From: Octopus bimaculoides
Taxonomy: Eukaryota
NCBI RefSeq assembly: GCF_001194135.2
Contig: NC_068992.1
Coordinates: 14,416,292-14,470,722, forward strand
DNA: 54,431 bases
Reading direction: 5' to 3'
Position 1 is the stretch's first letter; each line of letters begins with the position of its first letter. The position numbers and the translations under genes were made by a program. Below, in pieces: positions 22,865 to 35,289 of this stretch. The notes beneath the pieces are model-generated. The model was not told the DNA's origin. It searched no databases and saw nothing but the letters and a program-made list of their open reading frames with translations.

Positions 22865-23616
22865 TGTATGTGTGTGTGTGTCTCTCTCTCTACCTATCTA
22901 TCTGTATATATACGTATGGGTAAATTTTACCTATGTATGCATATAATTCTAGTGAAGTATATTTTTGAAAATGAAATAGTGAGAAAAATGTACGCGTATA
23001 TATATATTTATATATATACATATGCATGTGTGTTTGTATATATATTACCTAGTGAGGTGGGGGGGCAAATTATTCGGTAACATAGCTTTTTCTGTATGTG
23101 TATATGTGTGTGCGCGCCGTCTTAATTTGACGAGGCCGGACTGCCCCGGTTAGGACCGTTCCCATAAATTAATTGTACACTGATGTATATATATGTTGCC
23201 CTTGTAGAAAAATCAAGGCATTTTCTATCGGCATCTCTGAAATTTATCTCTTCCACCCATCCCCGTCTGTATATTGTATCGTCATTGTTAGTATTACTGC
23301 CACCACAAGCAAATTCATATCCACCGTAAATAGCTTTGACAGTTTCCCCATTATACTCGCATCTAAGATGCTATTACATTCACAAACACACCTGTACTTG
23401 ACTGATATTGCATCGATCTTCTAGACAAATATAAAGAAAAGAAAGGGAAAATACGGTTAATTAAAGATTCGCGCCTATTATCTGTTGTTTGTTTCTGGGT
23501 TCGATCCGATGGGGGGATCAATAAGTACAGGTCGATAATAGTCACCTGAATAATTATTTGTTAACAAAAATCTTTTTACCTTGTAACTTGTCAGAAGAAA
23601 GTTTCCAAAGGAATTA

Positions 23617-23647
23617 TTTATTATTATTATTGTTATTATTATTATTA

Positions 23648-23680
<33 letters not shown>
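23617..23680. repeat. (ATT)n microsatellite
   Basis: Direct reading. Confidence 0.95.
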
Positions 23681-23681
<1 letters not shown>

Positions 23682-25749
23682 GTGATCATTTGTCATCTTT
23701 AATCCATGCGTGGTCGATTGTATAGATAAATAACATAATGCGTTAGAAATCAAAGTTATTGTTTATCCTTTCTTTGTGGGAAATAGCATTCTATCTCGGC
23801 AAGAGAAATTCTTTCACTCTAACATTGTGTGTGTGACACACGTACACACATCTACGTTGTCATCTGTCTTGTAAACATGTTCGGGGTTAGTAAAAGAAAA
23901 AAAAAATGGTACAATCGATTTAATAGACAAGACGTCCCCCCACCTCAGCTTCTACTCCCAAAATAAGTCTGCTGTTGCTAAAATAATTCTCATTTATTTT
24001 CTTCATCATCTGGTTTCGATTCATGTTCCTGTAGTTCGTTAATCTTCGCATCAATAAATGTTGATTAAAAAGGTGTAAAAACACGTTAATGTGTAAATGT
24101 ATATATTTCCACTTTTTAAGAAAAATTTTTTTATTGTATTTCTATTTTAGATTCGAAATATGTGTGGAGTTCAGTTGCTTTACATTTTCTCTCTCTCTTT
24201 TTTTTATCCTTTCGAAATTCTTTGAATTAGTTCTTCGTCTATTTGCAACAACAAAAAAATACCCCTTGGCTCACTTTCTGCCCATGTAAGGAAATCATCC
24301 CCACCAAACCACCAACTAATATCATCTTTGCCAACGTTAAACATTGTTATTGGGTGCCAACTCATTGTTATTTAGTAACAGAATCGGTGGTGTGTTGAAG
24401 ACAACCGCCCTGCCTTTACTGTTGAAGTCCAAATATCCTGATCGATTTTCTACACCTCTTTTATTTATCCTTTTTTTCCTCCCCAAAAAGTCGGTTAAAT
24501 TAATTGCCCAGACATACATTAAAGGGTTAATTAAGTGAAGGAATGGAACTGGTTGATCTCTTTAAACCGTTTCCTCCGCTAAAATTTGTGGCCTGGTGCC
24601 AATGTAACAATTATCGTTAGAGTCATCGTTGTTGTTCTCGTAAAAGAAAAACAGAAGTCTTATTTATAAGTATTTTGTTCATAAACAAAGCCATGAAAAA
24701 AAAATATTATTTGTTATCTTGTAAAAGAAAACCCAAACCAAAAAAATTATAGTATTTATTCATAAATAAACTCGTTATTGTCAGTAATAAAAGAATAATT
24801 ATTAATATTGTTTTGAAAATCGTTTCGATACCTCTTCGATATTGTTGTTGCTGTTACAGCTTTCGTCGTCTTAATTTAAACCAAAATAAACAGTCGAAGA
24901 AAGCATCGCTTGGAGTCACTCTGCCATCACATTTCATGTCTCATAGTCCTGTCTGTAAATCTGTTGCAGTCATTGTTGTCGTTTTCATCATAAATAGTGT
25001 TTTAGAAATTGTCCTGAGTTTATTATAATTATCATTATAATTATCATCATAATTATTATATTTTTTTTTTGGTAAAAAAGGAAAAAAAGAAACCCCCGAG
25101 TATTCTTATTGTTATTAACGTTTTGTTTTCGTATCATTTTGGTGAGGGAGGGAATCTTTATCATCTGCAACCACCACCTTCCATCTTGTTGATTCGCATT
25201 CTTCTGAGGGTTTTCATGTTTTGTAGTTTTATTCCGTCTTTTTAGTATAATTCTTCTTTTGTTCGTAATAATTTGTAATTTAACTAGTTCCTTTTAATTA
25301 TTTATTGAATTATCTTTGGCGAGAGGCGCACGAATAAATCTTATTCCTATGAACGGTTCCTAACTTTACTTTCATGTGTCCCATGAATAATGGAAGAATG
25401 GCATCGGAACAACACGCAATAATTTGCGTCACATGTATAACGAAAAATACATATATTCATTTGCGTGTGTTAGTGTGTGTAAAACATGTCTACACTCACA
25501 CACACGCACGCACACACACATTCACATTACATTATAAACAATGGGTTTCTTTCCATTTCTGTCTTACAAATCTGTTCACAGCTAGGTCTATAGTGGAAAA
25601 CACTTGCAAAGAGTGCCATACAGCTGGACTGAACCAAGGGCCATGTGATTGGGGAGCAAAATTCTTACCAGACAACTACACCTACGTCTGTGTGGGTTGG
25701 GAGTACGGACATAAAGGACGTTTTTAGGGGCCTCGACTTTACGTAGCCA

Positions 25750-26100
25750 CACGGATCTTCTCAAGCATAGCAAATCGGCGCTTGTCTCAGTCCTTTGTCA
25801 TCTCCTTTGTGTTGCTCACCTTCAGATTACTTTTCATCACTTTGTCTTAAGTTTCCCTGGGTGTTTCTCTTCCACAAGTTCTTTACTCATTTACAGAAGG
25901 GTACTTCTTTATGCAGCTGTTTTCATCCATACACATCACATGACCATGCCACCACAGTCTTCTCTCTTGCGCATTACATGTGGTGCCTCTTATATACCTA
26001 AATTTTCTCTCAACACATTTGCACTTTGTCATACATGCACACTAACATAGCACAGCCAGTGAAGCATGTTGGCTTTATTTCTTTCAAACCTTCACATGCC
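25750..26100 (-). mobile_element. RTE C-terminal fragment
   Basis: Minus strand similar to 19570-19950 (LHCW...LCMTK...GRPRET...). Confidence 0.65.
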
Positions 26101-26129
26101 CCTGATGTATATATGTCTGTGAGTGTATG

Positions 26130-26167
<38 letters not shown>

Positions 26168-26169
26168 CT

Positions 26170-26232
26170 TAATAGCTGATGAGATGCCAGAGCAGTTTTC
26201 CGCCCCGACATCCGTAACTCAGAGTTTTATTA
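26170..26232 (+). ncRNA. Type I hammerhead ribozyme-like motif (Penelope-type), core mutated
   Basis: Stem I TAATAG/TTATTA, intact CTGATGA (26176-26182), stem II GATG...CATC, GTAA in place of GAAA, minimal stem III ACTC-A-GAGT. Confidence 0.5.
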
Positions 26233-26331
26233 TGGTAACCGAATAATTGTCTCATATTATACTACAGATAAATTCCTCTATTTACATAATATCGAGGTCT
26301 CATTCATTCTTTTGTTGTCATACCATTATTA

Positions 26332-26362
<31 letters not shown>

Positions 26363-26749
26363 NNNNNNNNNNNNNNNNNNNNNNNNNNNNNNNNNNNNNN
26401 NNNNNNNNNNNNNNNNNNNNNNNNNNNNNNNNNNNNNNNNNNNNNNNNNNNNNNNNNNNNNNNNNNNNNNNNNNNNNNNNNNNNNNNNNNNNNNNNNNNN
26501 NNNNNNNNNNNNNNNNNNNNNNNNNNNNNNNNNNNNNNNNNNNNNNNNNNNNNNNNNNNNNNNNNNNNNNNNNNNNNNNNNNNNNNNNNNNNNNNNNNNN
26601 NNNNNNNNNNNNNNNNNNNNNNNNNNNNNNNNNCTATCATATCTCTAGCTGCTTCAGATACCAAGATATGAAAATTGTCAGAGTGTACTCTCTTTTACTC
26701 TTTTACTTGTTTAAAAAAAACGAAATTACTTTCTTGCCAACCCAATATC

Positions 26750-26910
26750 ATCATCATCATCATCATCATCGTTTAACGTCCGCTTTCAATGCTAGCATGG
26801 GTTGGACGATTTGACTGAGGACTGGTGAAACCGGATGGCAACACCAGGCTCCAATCTAAATTTGGCAGAGTTTCTACAGCTGGATGCCCTTCCTAACGCC
26901 AACCACTCAG
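26750..26910 (-). mobile_element. RTE 3' tail fragment
   Basis: (CAT)n-CGTTTAACGTCCGC...GGATGCCCTTCCTAACGCCAACC. Confidence 0.85.
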
Positions 26911-27289
26911 TGTCAATGTTTTATAATCTGAACTGTCAGTGACCTAGTGGGTCATGGGTAGGCTAGTATATATATGTGTGTGTGGGAGGTGTATACTTAT
27001 GTAAGAGTTGAAGTGGAGTAAGAACAGGACTTAGATGTGGCTGTCACTCCTTATCACTCTCTGCGGTTTCATTTGTCAGTCATTCATTCCACCACAATCT
27101 TCTTTGGGTACTCCATTATTTCATGTTTTCATCTTTGTCTTTGTTGCTCACAAGTATGTTTTCCACTCCTACACCTGATAATCTGGTCAAACAAAGTACT
27201 GCGGGGGTTTTTGGAGACACTCCCATCCACCAGGCCTGAATTGTTCATTCTATAAGCTGCCAAACTGATCTGCTGTGTTTATCTGTATA

Positions 27290-28130
27290 CATCATCATCA
27301 TCATCATCAACCTTTAATGTCTGTTCTCCATGCTGGCATGGGTTGGACAGTTTGACCAGAGCTGGCAAACAGGAGAGCTGTTCCAGGTTCCAGTATGATT
27401 TGGCTTGGTGTCTATAGCTGGATTCCGTTCCTAATGCCAACCACTTTACTGTGTGTGCTGGGTGCTTTTAACAGGGCTTTTGTGACCGATCTTCTACATT
27501 TGGGGCAGTGGCCTTAATACTTCTGTTGTAGAGGAGGGATCTTCTTGAGTACAACAAGGCATCAGATATCTTGGTCCTTTGTCATCTCCTCTGTAAGTTT
27601 AGTGTCCTGAGGTTGTCCTTCAGTACTTTGTCCCTTTTCCATGAGTTCCCTCCACTTTGAGTGATTGGCACTTCTTTCTGGAGCCGTCTACATCCATCTG
27701 CATCACATGACCAAACCTGTGCAGTCTTCTCTCTTGTACACTGCATCTAATTCCTCTTACCTTACAACACACTTGCACTCTGTTGCACATTTTCACTTAC
27801 ATTGCACATCCAGTGCAGCAAATTAGCTTCATTTCTCTCTTGCTGTTGCATATCTTCTACATTCAGGGCCCATGTCTCACTACCATGTAGAATTGCTGTT
27901 CTTATATATGCACCATACAATCTTCCTTTCACTTGGAGAGTGAAACCTTTGGCTGCCAACAGAAGTAAAAGCTCTGTGAATTTTCTCCATTCTATTCTTA
28001 TTCTAGCTACAACACTTTTCATTCATCATCCTCTACTAATAATTTGGTTACCTTGGTAGCAGAAATTATTCATTATTTCTAAAGAGCCTCCAAGGCATTA
28101 GAGAAAGTCACCTCCCTAAGTACCTGTAGT
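27290..28130 (-). mobile_element. RTE 3' part (ORF C-terminus plus diverged 3' tail)
   Basis: ORF 27762-28022 ARIRIEWRKF.ELL.LL..KGF.LQVKGRLY.A.IRTAILHGSETWALNVEDM; tail with (CAT)n at ~27292. Confidence 0.85.
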
Positions 28131-28219
28131 TTTTATGGTTCCTGTGCATCTTCCACAAACAAACACTACTTTCTCTGATAACCTTCCAGTTATTTCACTT
28201 CACCTCTTTTTTGTCCATA

Positions 28220-28330
28220 TATATATCGTGCCAGTGGCACGTAAAAGCACCCACTACACTCTCGGAGTGGTTGGTGTTAGGAAGGGCATCCAGCTGTAGA
28301 AACTCTGCCAGATCAGATTGGAGCCTGGCA
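28220..28330 (+). mobile_element. RTE 3' tail internal fragment
   Basis: GTGGCACGTAAAAGCACCCACTACACTCTCGGAGTGGTTGG...GGAGCCTGG. Confidence 0.8.
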
Positions 28331-28499
28331 TAAATGGTTAATGGGTGGGATGTGGTGCTGAAGAAGGAACAATAGCTCCAAAAACATAGTTCCAATACCT
28401 ATTTTTCTGTTTTCCATCCCGTTGTTTACATAGACATATTCATATACAAAATGTTTTTAACTTTCAATGCTGACTCAGAAAATCTATGGAGATAAGCTT

Positions 28500-28571
<72 letters not shown>

Positions 28572-28735
28572 ATACACACAGCTATGGTTAAGAAGCTTAT
28601 TTCTCAACCATGTGTGTATATATATGTGTACACAAACACACACACACACAAACAGAAGCTGTGAACCGGAAGAATTGTTAGTGTTGGATAGAAATATGTC
28701 ATGGTGTTTCTGTGGAGAAACAAACCATTACCTTA

Positions 28736-29246
28736 TATAGGCATTCATCTATGTGGAACTCCATTTATTGACTCTGGCTGCCTTGGATTCTTTGTATGGC
28801 TTATTAAACAATTGCCAGAAAGCTTTAATTTTTATCATACGTAGTTCTGTGTCATTACAGTTATGAGAACAATTAACATGTTGATAATTAAGTACTCCCT
28901 ATACATTATATGCACCCCATTCATTCACACCCACTTTAGATTCTGGGACAACCAGTCGTTGAAAAATTGATAATCGATGCTGGTGTACGTCTAATATTTA
29001 CACATCTCCAACAACCGTTTTCATGATTTTTATGTTTGGACATTTAAAATACATTCGCCTGCATTTTGCAATCGTTTTGTTGTCAAGCTTAGCATTAATA
29101 CGAATTAATTATTGTGATGTCAAGAGCACACACAGCAAAGCTGCAATTCAAACAGATGAATAAAAAAAAAAAAGAGATACTTTCTCTTTGAATTATTATT
29201 GCCATGAATATCTATATTGTATATGTTTTAGGTATTCTAAATTGCT
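28736..29246 (+). repeat. Unclassified ~510-bp repeat, copy 1 (inverted partner at 43359-43861)
   Basis: Reverse-complement alignment by eye across the whole length; 28787-28952 has a single mismatch against 43645-43810. Confidence 0.9.
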
Positions 29247-29269
29247 TTGAGATATATGTAAATAAAGTA

Positions 29270-29470
29270 GTGAGTCAGCAGAATCATTAATTAGCATACT
29301 GGACAAAGGGCTTTGCAGTTTTTCTTACAGCTTCTGAGTTCAAATTCCACTAAGGCCGTCTTTGCCTTTCATCGTTTCAGGGTTGATAAAATAAGTACCA
29401 GTTAAGCACTGGGGTTGATGTAATCAATATACCCCTTCCCCCAAAATTTCAGGCCATGTGTCTCTATGAA
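29270..29470 (+). mobile_element. Diverged tRNA-SINE variant
   Basis: GAGTTCAAATTCC box B, then GCCTTTCATC...GATAAAATAAGTACCAGT. Related minus-strand pieces lie at ~41590-41920. Confidence 0.55.
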
Positions 29471-30614
29471 AATGTCTGTTTTTCCATGTTAACAGGGGTT
29501 ACACGAATAAATGTTGTTGAGGCATTGTTTTACAGCTGGATGCCCTTCCTGTCACTAACCCTTACTTGGTTTTTAAGTAAAAAAAGTTTGCATTCCACCC
29601 GAGTTTGAAATTGTGGAACTGGTGGGTGATTTGTTGATAGGGAAATGAGATATTGACATATCAGTAGCTGAGCAGTTTTTCATGCAAGTACAGAATATAT
29701 AAACATTGACACAAACACACACACACATACATGATGGGCTTTGTACAGTTTCCATCTACCAAAATGGAAACATTGGTCAGCCTGGAGCAATTGTAAAAGG
29801 TACCACACACTGGTATCATTGAGCATGAAACTATATGGTTATGAAACAGGCTTCTTCAGCACACTGCTGTTCCTGCATCTATTGTATATATTATTTATTA
29901 TGTGACTTTTGTGGTGCTCCAGCATGACCATTGTCACATGGCTGGATCAAATAAAAAATATGAATCAGGACTGAGGTTAATGTTATGTCCTGAAAAAAAG
30001 TGACCAAATTTTCTTTTTCAAGGCATGTGGCCATTCAGCATTCTAAAAATAGCAGCCAAATCTCTCCTTCAAATCACAGTCTATCATCTTTAAGACAGTG
30101 TAGTACTACTTGTAGAAAAGAAAGAGATTGCTAAAGGCTAGAAATGGAAAGCCTTTCATCGTAGGTCTACTGAGTCAGGAAACTGACCAGGAGACGTACA
30201 ACATCATCGAAGATTCTTCTCACATGCAGCTCATTATTCTTTTGTATTTCATTCAGTCTATATTTGTACTTGTATTTCTGTGCCAGAAACTAAACAAGAC
30301 CCGGCTATATTTTAAAAGCTTTTTACTTTTCCAGAAAAGGGCCACCCAGCTGATTGGTGTAAAGTCTCCTCTCTCTGCCTTGTTTANNNNNNNNNNNNNN
30401 NNNNNNNNNNNNNNNNNNNNNNNNNNNNNNNNNNNNNNNNNNNNNNNNNNNNNNNNNNNNNNNNNNNNNNNNNNNNNNNNNNNNNNNNNNNNNNNNNNNN
30501 NNNNNNNNNNNNNNNNNNNNNNNNNNNNNNNNNNNNNNNNNNNNNNNGCCAAATCTTTCCTTCCTAGAACATTGGTCCTCTGAAATTCCCTCTCTGCATA
30601 TCTCTTTTTTTTTT

Positions 30615-30890
30615 TAACTTTTACTTGTTTCAGTCATTAGACTGGCCATGCTGGGGCATCACCTTGAAGGATTTTTAGTTGATTGAATTGACCCCAGTAC
30701 TCTTTTTTTTTTTTTTATATATGTGATGGACTTCTTTCAGTTTCCTTTGACCAAATCCACTCACAAGGCTTTGGTTGACCTGAAGCTATAGTAGAAGACA
30801 CTTGCCCAAGGTGCCACATAGTGGGACTGGACCCAGAGCCATGTGGTTGAGAAGCAAACTTCTTACCATATAGCCAAACCTGTGCCTATA
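30615..30890 (-). mobile_element. SINE family A with internal deletion
   Basis: TTACTTGTTTCAGTC tail and CCACTCACAAGGCTTTGG...CTTACCA head segments. Confidence 0.8.
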
Positions 30891-33726
30891 TATCTTTTTT
30901 TTACACATATTGACTTACAAAGATCAAGAGGAGTGTTTAGTAGAATCAATCTAACCAGTAGCAAAGGACCCATAAGAAGCCAAGGCTGGTGCTCCTTTCT
31001 CCAGACCCAGCAATTTGTTAATCCTATAACTCCATTTTACCCGTTGAAGTTTATAAAGTTTTCTTAAAGGCAATGGATTGGCAGAACTGATGGAATGTCA
31101 GTTAAAAAACTTTCAGTATTCAATTACAGCCCTGACGATTTAATCTGATATTCCTATAAAGCATCCTAGACGTGAACAGAATTAGACTCTAAAGAACAAA
31201 ATGTCATGTCACTGCGTCATCTGGCTCTGGATATGTTTGCATTCAGCATTGCATTCAGCAAACGTCACTGGCCTAGACATGATTACTCCTCGAACTATGC
31301 AACAGCTAGTGGATGCTGTTTACACTTTTTTTGAATATACAGTTCTTATGTCAAGAAAGATTGTCATCATCATCATCATCATCATCATTGAATATCTTGT
31401 TTTAAAACTATACTTTTTTTTAAATATACATTTCTTATCTCAAGAAAGATTCTATCATCATCATCAACATCATTTTGTCTCTTTTCGTTATTTTTCCCCC
31501 CCTCTTAAAATCCACTTTTTCCTCTCTTATACACTTATGATTTTTTTCACATAAACATTGATATTCATTTCTGTAGTATGTTAACAATAACTTTTCTCTG
31601 AATATTGGAATGCGTACGTTAGTACATAGAGAGGATAAATAATTAATAGCTATTATAGTATATATACAGTTATTTTCCTCTTTTATTTCCCAAAATCATT
31701 TGTGCTTTTCCACTCAAAAATCTATTTCATCTCTCATTCTGTCTTTAATATCCTTAACAACCCATAACATCCCATATAAGTAAATGGCTTATTTATGTCC
31801 CTTAATTCCTTATATGTATATTTTTCAAATACATTATAAGTATTTTAGCAAATTTCAATGTATATTTGAAAACACAGTCCTCACCTTAGTTTATTTCATT
31901 GTTCAACACCTCAAAGTACACATCTATCCCTGAAGATATCCGACTAAATGTGTTTTTTTTACATCTAACTTGAATGCTGATAATTCAAACCTAAAGCTGG
32001 ATTGAAACATATATACTGTAAAGCCAGAATGAAAAATGGCACGATCAGGCCCAAACTTCAATCACATGACCACAATAGTACCAACAGCAGAAGGCAGTGT
32101 GACAATAATAAAGATATGTCGAGAGTCAGAGCCCTTGAGCCAATTGATGTTTGCAGCCTCCGGCAACTCTTGCAATGACATGAAATTGTAACCTTCATGC
32201 TGTTCCTTTGGATCTATCAGTGATGTAGAGAAGGAAGACACACTGCACTGGCAACAACCTGTCCTCGATACCATACTACCCAGGGTTGGATCCTGTTGAA
32301 CAGCCTGTACTGGCGGGATAGAACCAAACAACTCAAACAGTACCAGGACAGCCCGTGAGTGCGTCTTGTATGAGAGAGACTGCCATTTTATGCAGCTGCA
32401 GGCAATGCTGTTTCAATAGGATGTACAACTTGGACCTTACTCCATGGTCGTTAATGACAGACTGAGGCCTTCACATATATGTATGTAAATATATACATAT
32501 GAACTGGATTTCAACATAGCTTCCATCAAGCAAATTCCATTCATAAAGTTTTGGTCGGCTTGTGGTTGCAGTAGAAGCCACTTGTTTGTGGTGCTACTGT
32601 CATTGCAAATCAGAGTTTTTAATCAAACAGCTTTGTGCTTGCATATAATGTTAGATATTCTATGTTTCTAGTGTTCTCATTTTATAGATTAAGTTGATAC
32701 ACATACAACCAACACTTACAGTATTCATGTATTCTCTACCTCTTCTTTTTAATTAGTCCTGAAGCTTAATTAAAAACCTGTTGCTATAGTGGCTGGCTGT
32801 TAGAGCCCACACATTCCTTGTCATTCAAAAACAAGCATTGTCTTTCACTACTTTTCATTCTCTGGCTCTTTCAACTATATTCATTTATATAGTTTCTGTA
32901 TGTAAACATACTTAGTGTTGCTGAGGAGAATGTCTTAGATTAAAAACCCAAGATAATGAGATCATGTGATTTGTTAGCAAAACTGTTGAGCAATATTAGT
33001 CTCGTGAAACTCTTAGATTGGACTATACTTCCTATGCATACCTTGTCAAAAAAGAAAGAAAAGAAAAAGGACTATTAAATAGAATGTAACAACATTATGA
33101 TGCTCAACTTGCCTGCTAAGAATAGCAGCCAAATTTCCCTCTAACTACACACTACTATCTTAAATAACGTAGTCCAGAGTACATTGTTTCTGAAAATAAG
33201 ACTATGTTTATGTCTTGATTGCTTTTGATTTTATGTTTGATTGATCATGGATGAATTGAGGTGAAACAACAACAGCAGATTTGACAGTTTAGCTTCCAAG
33301 TTGTGAAACTGTGTTTTGTGGTTCTCGTTTAAAAGACTGGATTTTAGCCCCATCCCATCATTGATTCATTGTGTTCTCCCTCCCCCTTCCTCAATGAATA
33401 CAATTTCTCTTTCTCCTTAACTGCTTTGTACCATTACCACAACTGTTCCTGTTCTTCTAAACTGGCACATTGTACACAACCTCAACTCAAGCACACTTGA
33501 ATCATCTACTTCCCTTTTCATAATTCCTTTCTGGTCTCATTCTCAGAATTCTTCCCAACTTTTATCCTTTGCAATGCAGTACTGTGAAACTCCCCCATCT
33601 TTGACCTTCAGGTACATCAACCTCTAAAAATTCTACTTGAATACTATTTCTATTTGTGTGCTTGTTTATAATACAGTTCTTTTCATGATAAAAATTGACC
33701 ATCTAATTTCTCTTATGTTGGTCTTA

Positions 33727-33948
33727 TATGAGGGAATACTGAAAAGTTCCTGGTTTTAGGGTTAAAGAAAATATAGGAGGATCAGTTAATTATGATTTTA
33801 GTCAACTTACTCCCCTCTCAGATTCACGCACTCATTGCAGCGGTCCCTCAGTTTTCGTAAGCCCTGTAAAAGAACTTGGAAAGTTGGACCTCCAACCAGG
33901 CCTTTCGTGATACCCTTAAAGTCAAGAACTTTTCAGCACCTCTTCATA
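33727..33948. mobile_element. Mariner-derived MITE (~220 bp)
   Basis: Imperfect TIRs TATGAGGGAATACTGAAAAGTTCCTG ... CAAGAACTTTTCAGCACCTCTTCATA with TA at both ends. Confidence 0.75.
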
Positions 33949-34067
33949 GTAGGTACACTTTTAAAGCCAACATTAGTACAGTAGTTGTAATATTAATTCT
34001 GAAGATAAGTCATTGCCTATTACAGTGGCATGGGAGCAATGAAATTAGTCACAAATGGAAAATAAAT

Positions 34068-35060
34068 ATTGGGTTGCCAGATTAACTTGGTCATTTTTTT
34101 TTTTTTTTTCCATTTATTTTAATCCTTATTTTTCATCAACAATCTTAACAAATCAGTCAATAGTATATTCTCCTTCATTTTTTATAACTTCTTGTCAACA
34201 TTCAGCTAACTTGTCAATGCTTTGATGGTGGGAATCCCTGGTCTTGATGTGAAGAATTCCTCAAGCCATGTTTTCAATTCCATGTTGTTGTATGAAAATA
34301 CCTCCCAGACTATTGAAAAGTGACCAAGAAAGCTAATAATCTGAAAGCGCTATATCAGGAAACAAAACTTGGCTTCCGAAGACCTATTGGGGCAAGCGAA
34401 AGCGAAACCGTCAATGGCACCTGTGCCCAGCATCACCTTCCTGGCACTTGTGCCAGATGGCACGTGTAAAGACATTCGAGCGAGATCGTTGCCAGTGCTG
34501 CCAAACTGGCTCCTGTGCAGGTGGCATGTAAAAGACACCATTTTGAGCGTGGCAGTTTCCAGTACCACCTGACTGGCCTTCGTGCTGGTGGCACGTAAAA
34601 GCACCTACTACACTCTCGGAGTGGTTGGCGTTAGGAAGGGCATCCAGCTGTAGAAACTCTGCCAAATCAGATTGAAGCCTGGTGTAGCCATCTGGTTTCA
34701 CCAGTCCTCAGTCAAATCGTCCAACTCATGCTAGCATGGAAAGCGGACGTTAAATGATGATGATGGTTGATGCAGTAGAACTTCCCATCCAAGCTCTTGA
34801 GTAGCATTTTTAGACAAATTAGCGATGAACGAGGAATGTGAAATATGGCCTGGACCATGATTACCAGCATGAACATCAAACTTCAAGAAGTAGTTGACCA
34901 TTTAATGGTTTTAGTAAATTTATACAGAAAAAGTAAGCATTATACCAACCAGCATAAATAAAAGTCAACTTCATTATATTTTTTCTGTAAAAACCTATTC
35001 TGACATTAAATGAGTTAACTTCTGATACGAATGTTTACATTTGTACGTTATTTTTCAACA
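34068..35060 (-). mobile_element. Mariner (DD34D-type) transposase remnant split by an RTE-tail insertion
   Basis: Minus strand KNATQELGWEVLLHQP | insertion | LSDY.L..SL.NSLGG...ELKTWLEEFFTSRP...IDKLAE..QEVIKNEGEY. A TIR-like TATTGGGTTGCC lies at ~34068. Confidence 0.75.
34350..34766 (+). mobile_element. RTE 3' tail insertion
   Basis: Shared 3' UTR ending GGACGTTAAATGATGATGATG. Confidence 0.85.
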
Positions 35061-35151
35061 AAAGAAGCTATCTACTCATGTAATTTACACACCTCCTAAA
35101 GTTTTTTTATGTTTGTGAAAAAGGGCGTAAATTATATGGGCTTTTAAGGTA

Positions 35152-35289
35152 TTGTTACGAACGCCCGCACGCGAAGCACCTCCTCAACACTGAAGAGGGG
35201 ACTCGCGCACGCGCGAACGTTCAGCTAGCAAAATTCGTCTGTCGGTCACCTGACCGCGATAATAAAACCCCGGCTGGAGCACGTAACAA
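35152..35289. mobile_element. Short CpG-rich element with TTGTTACG...CGTAACAA termini (mini solo-LTR-like)
   Basis: 8-bp terminal inverted repeat containing TGT...ACA; AATAAA ~20 nt before the right end; no TSD. Confidence 0.35.

Noticed and set aside
21406-23080. Long ORFs in the track (e.g. 361 aa at 21995-23080; also 5368-5847, 26247-26664, 46430-47270)
   Set aside because: They consist of N-gap X residues and (TA/CT/GT)n translations, so they are not proteins.
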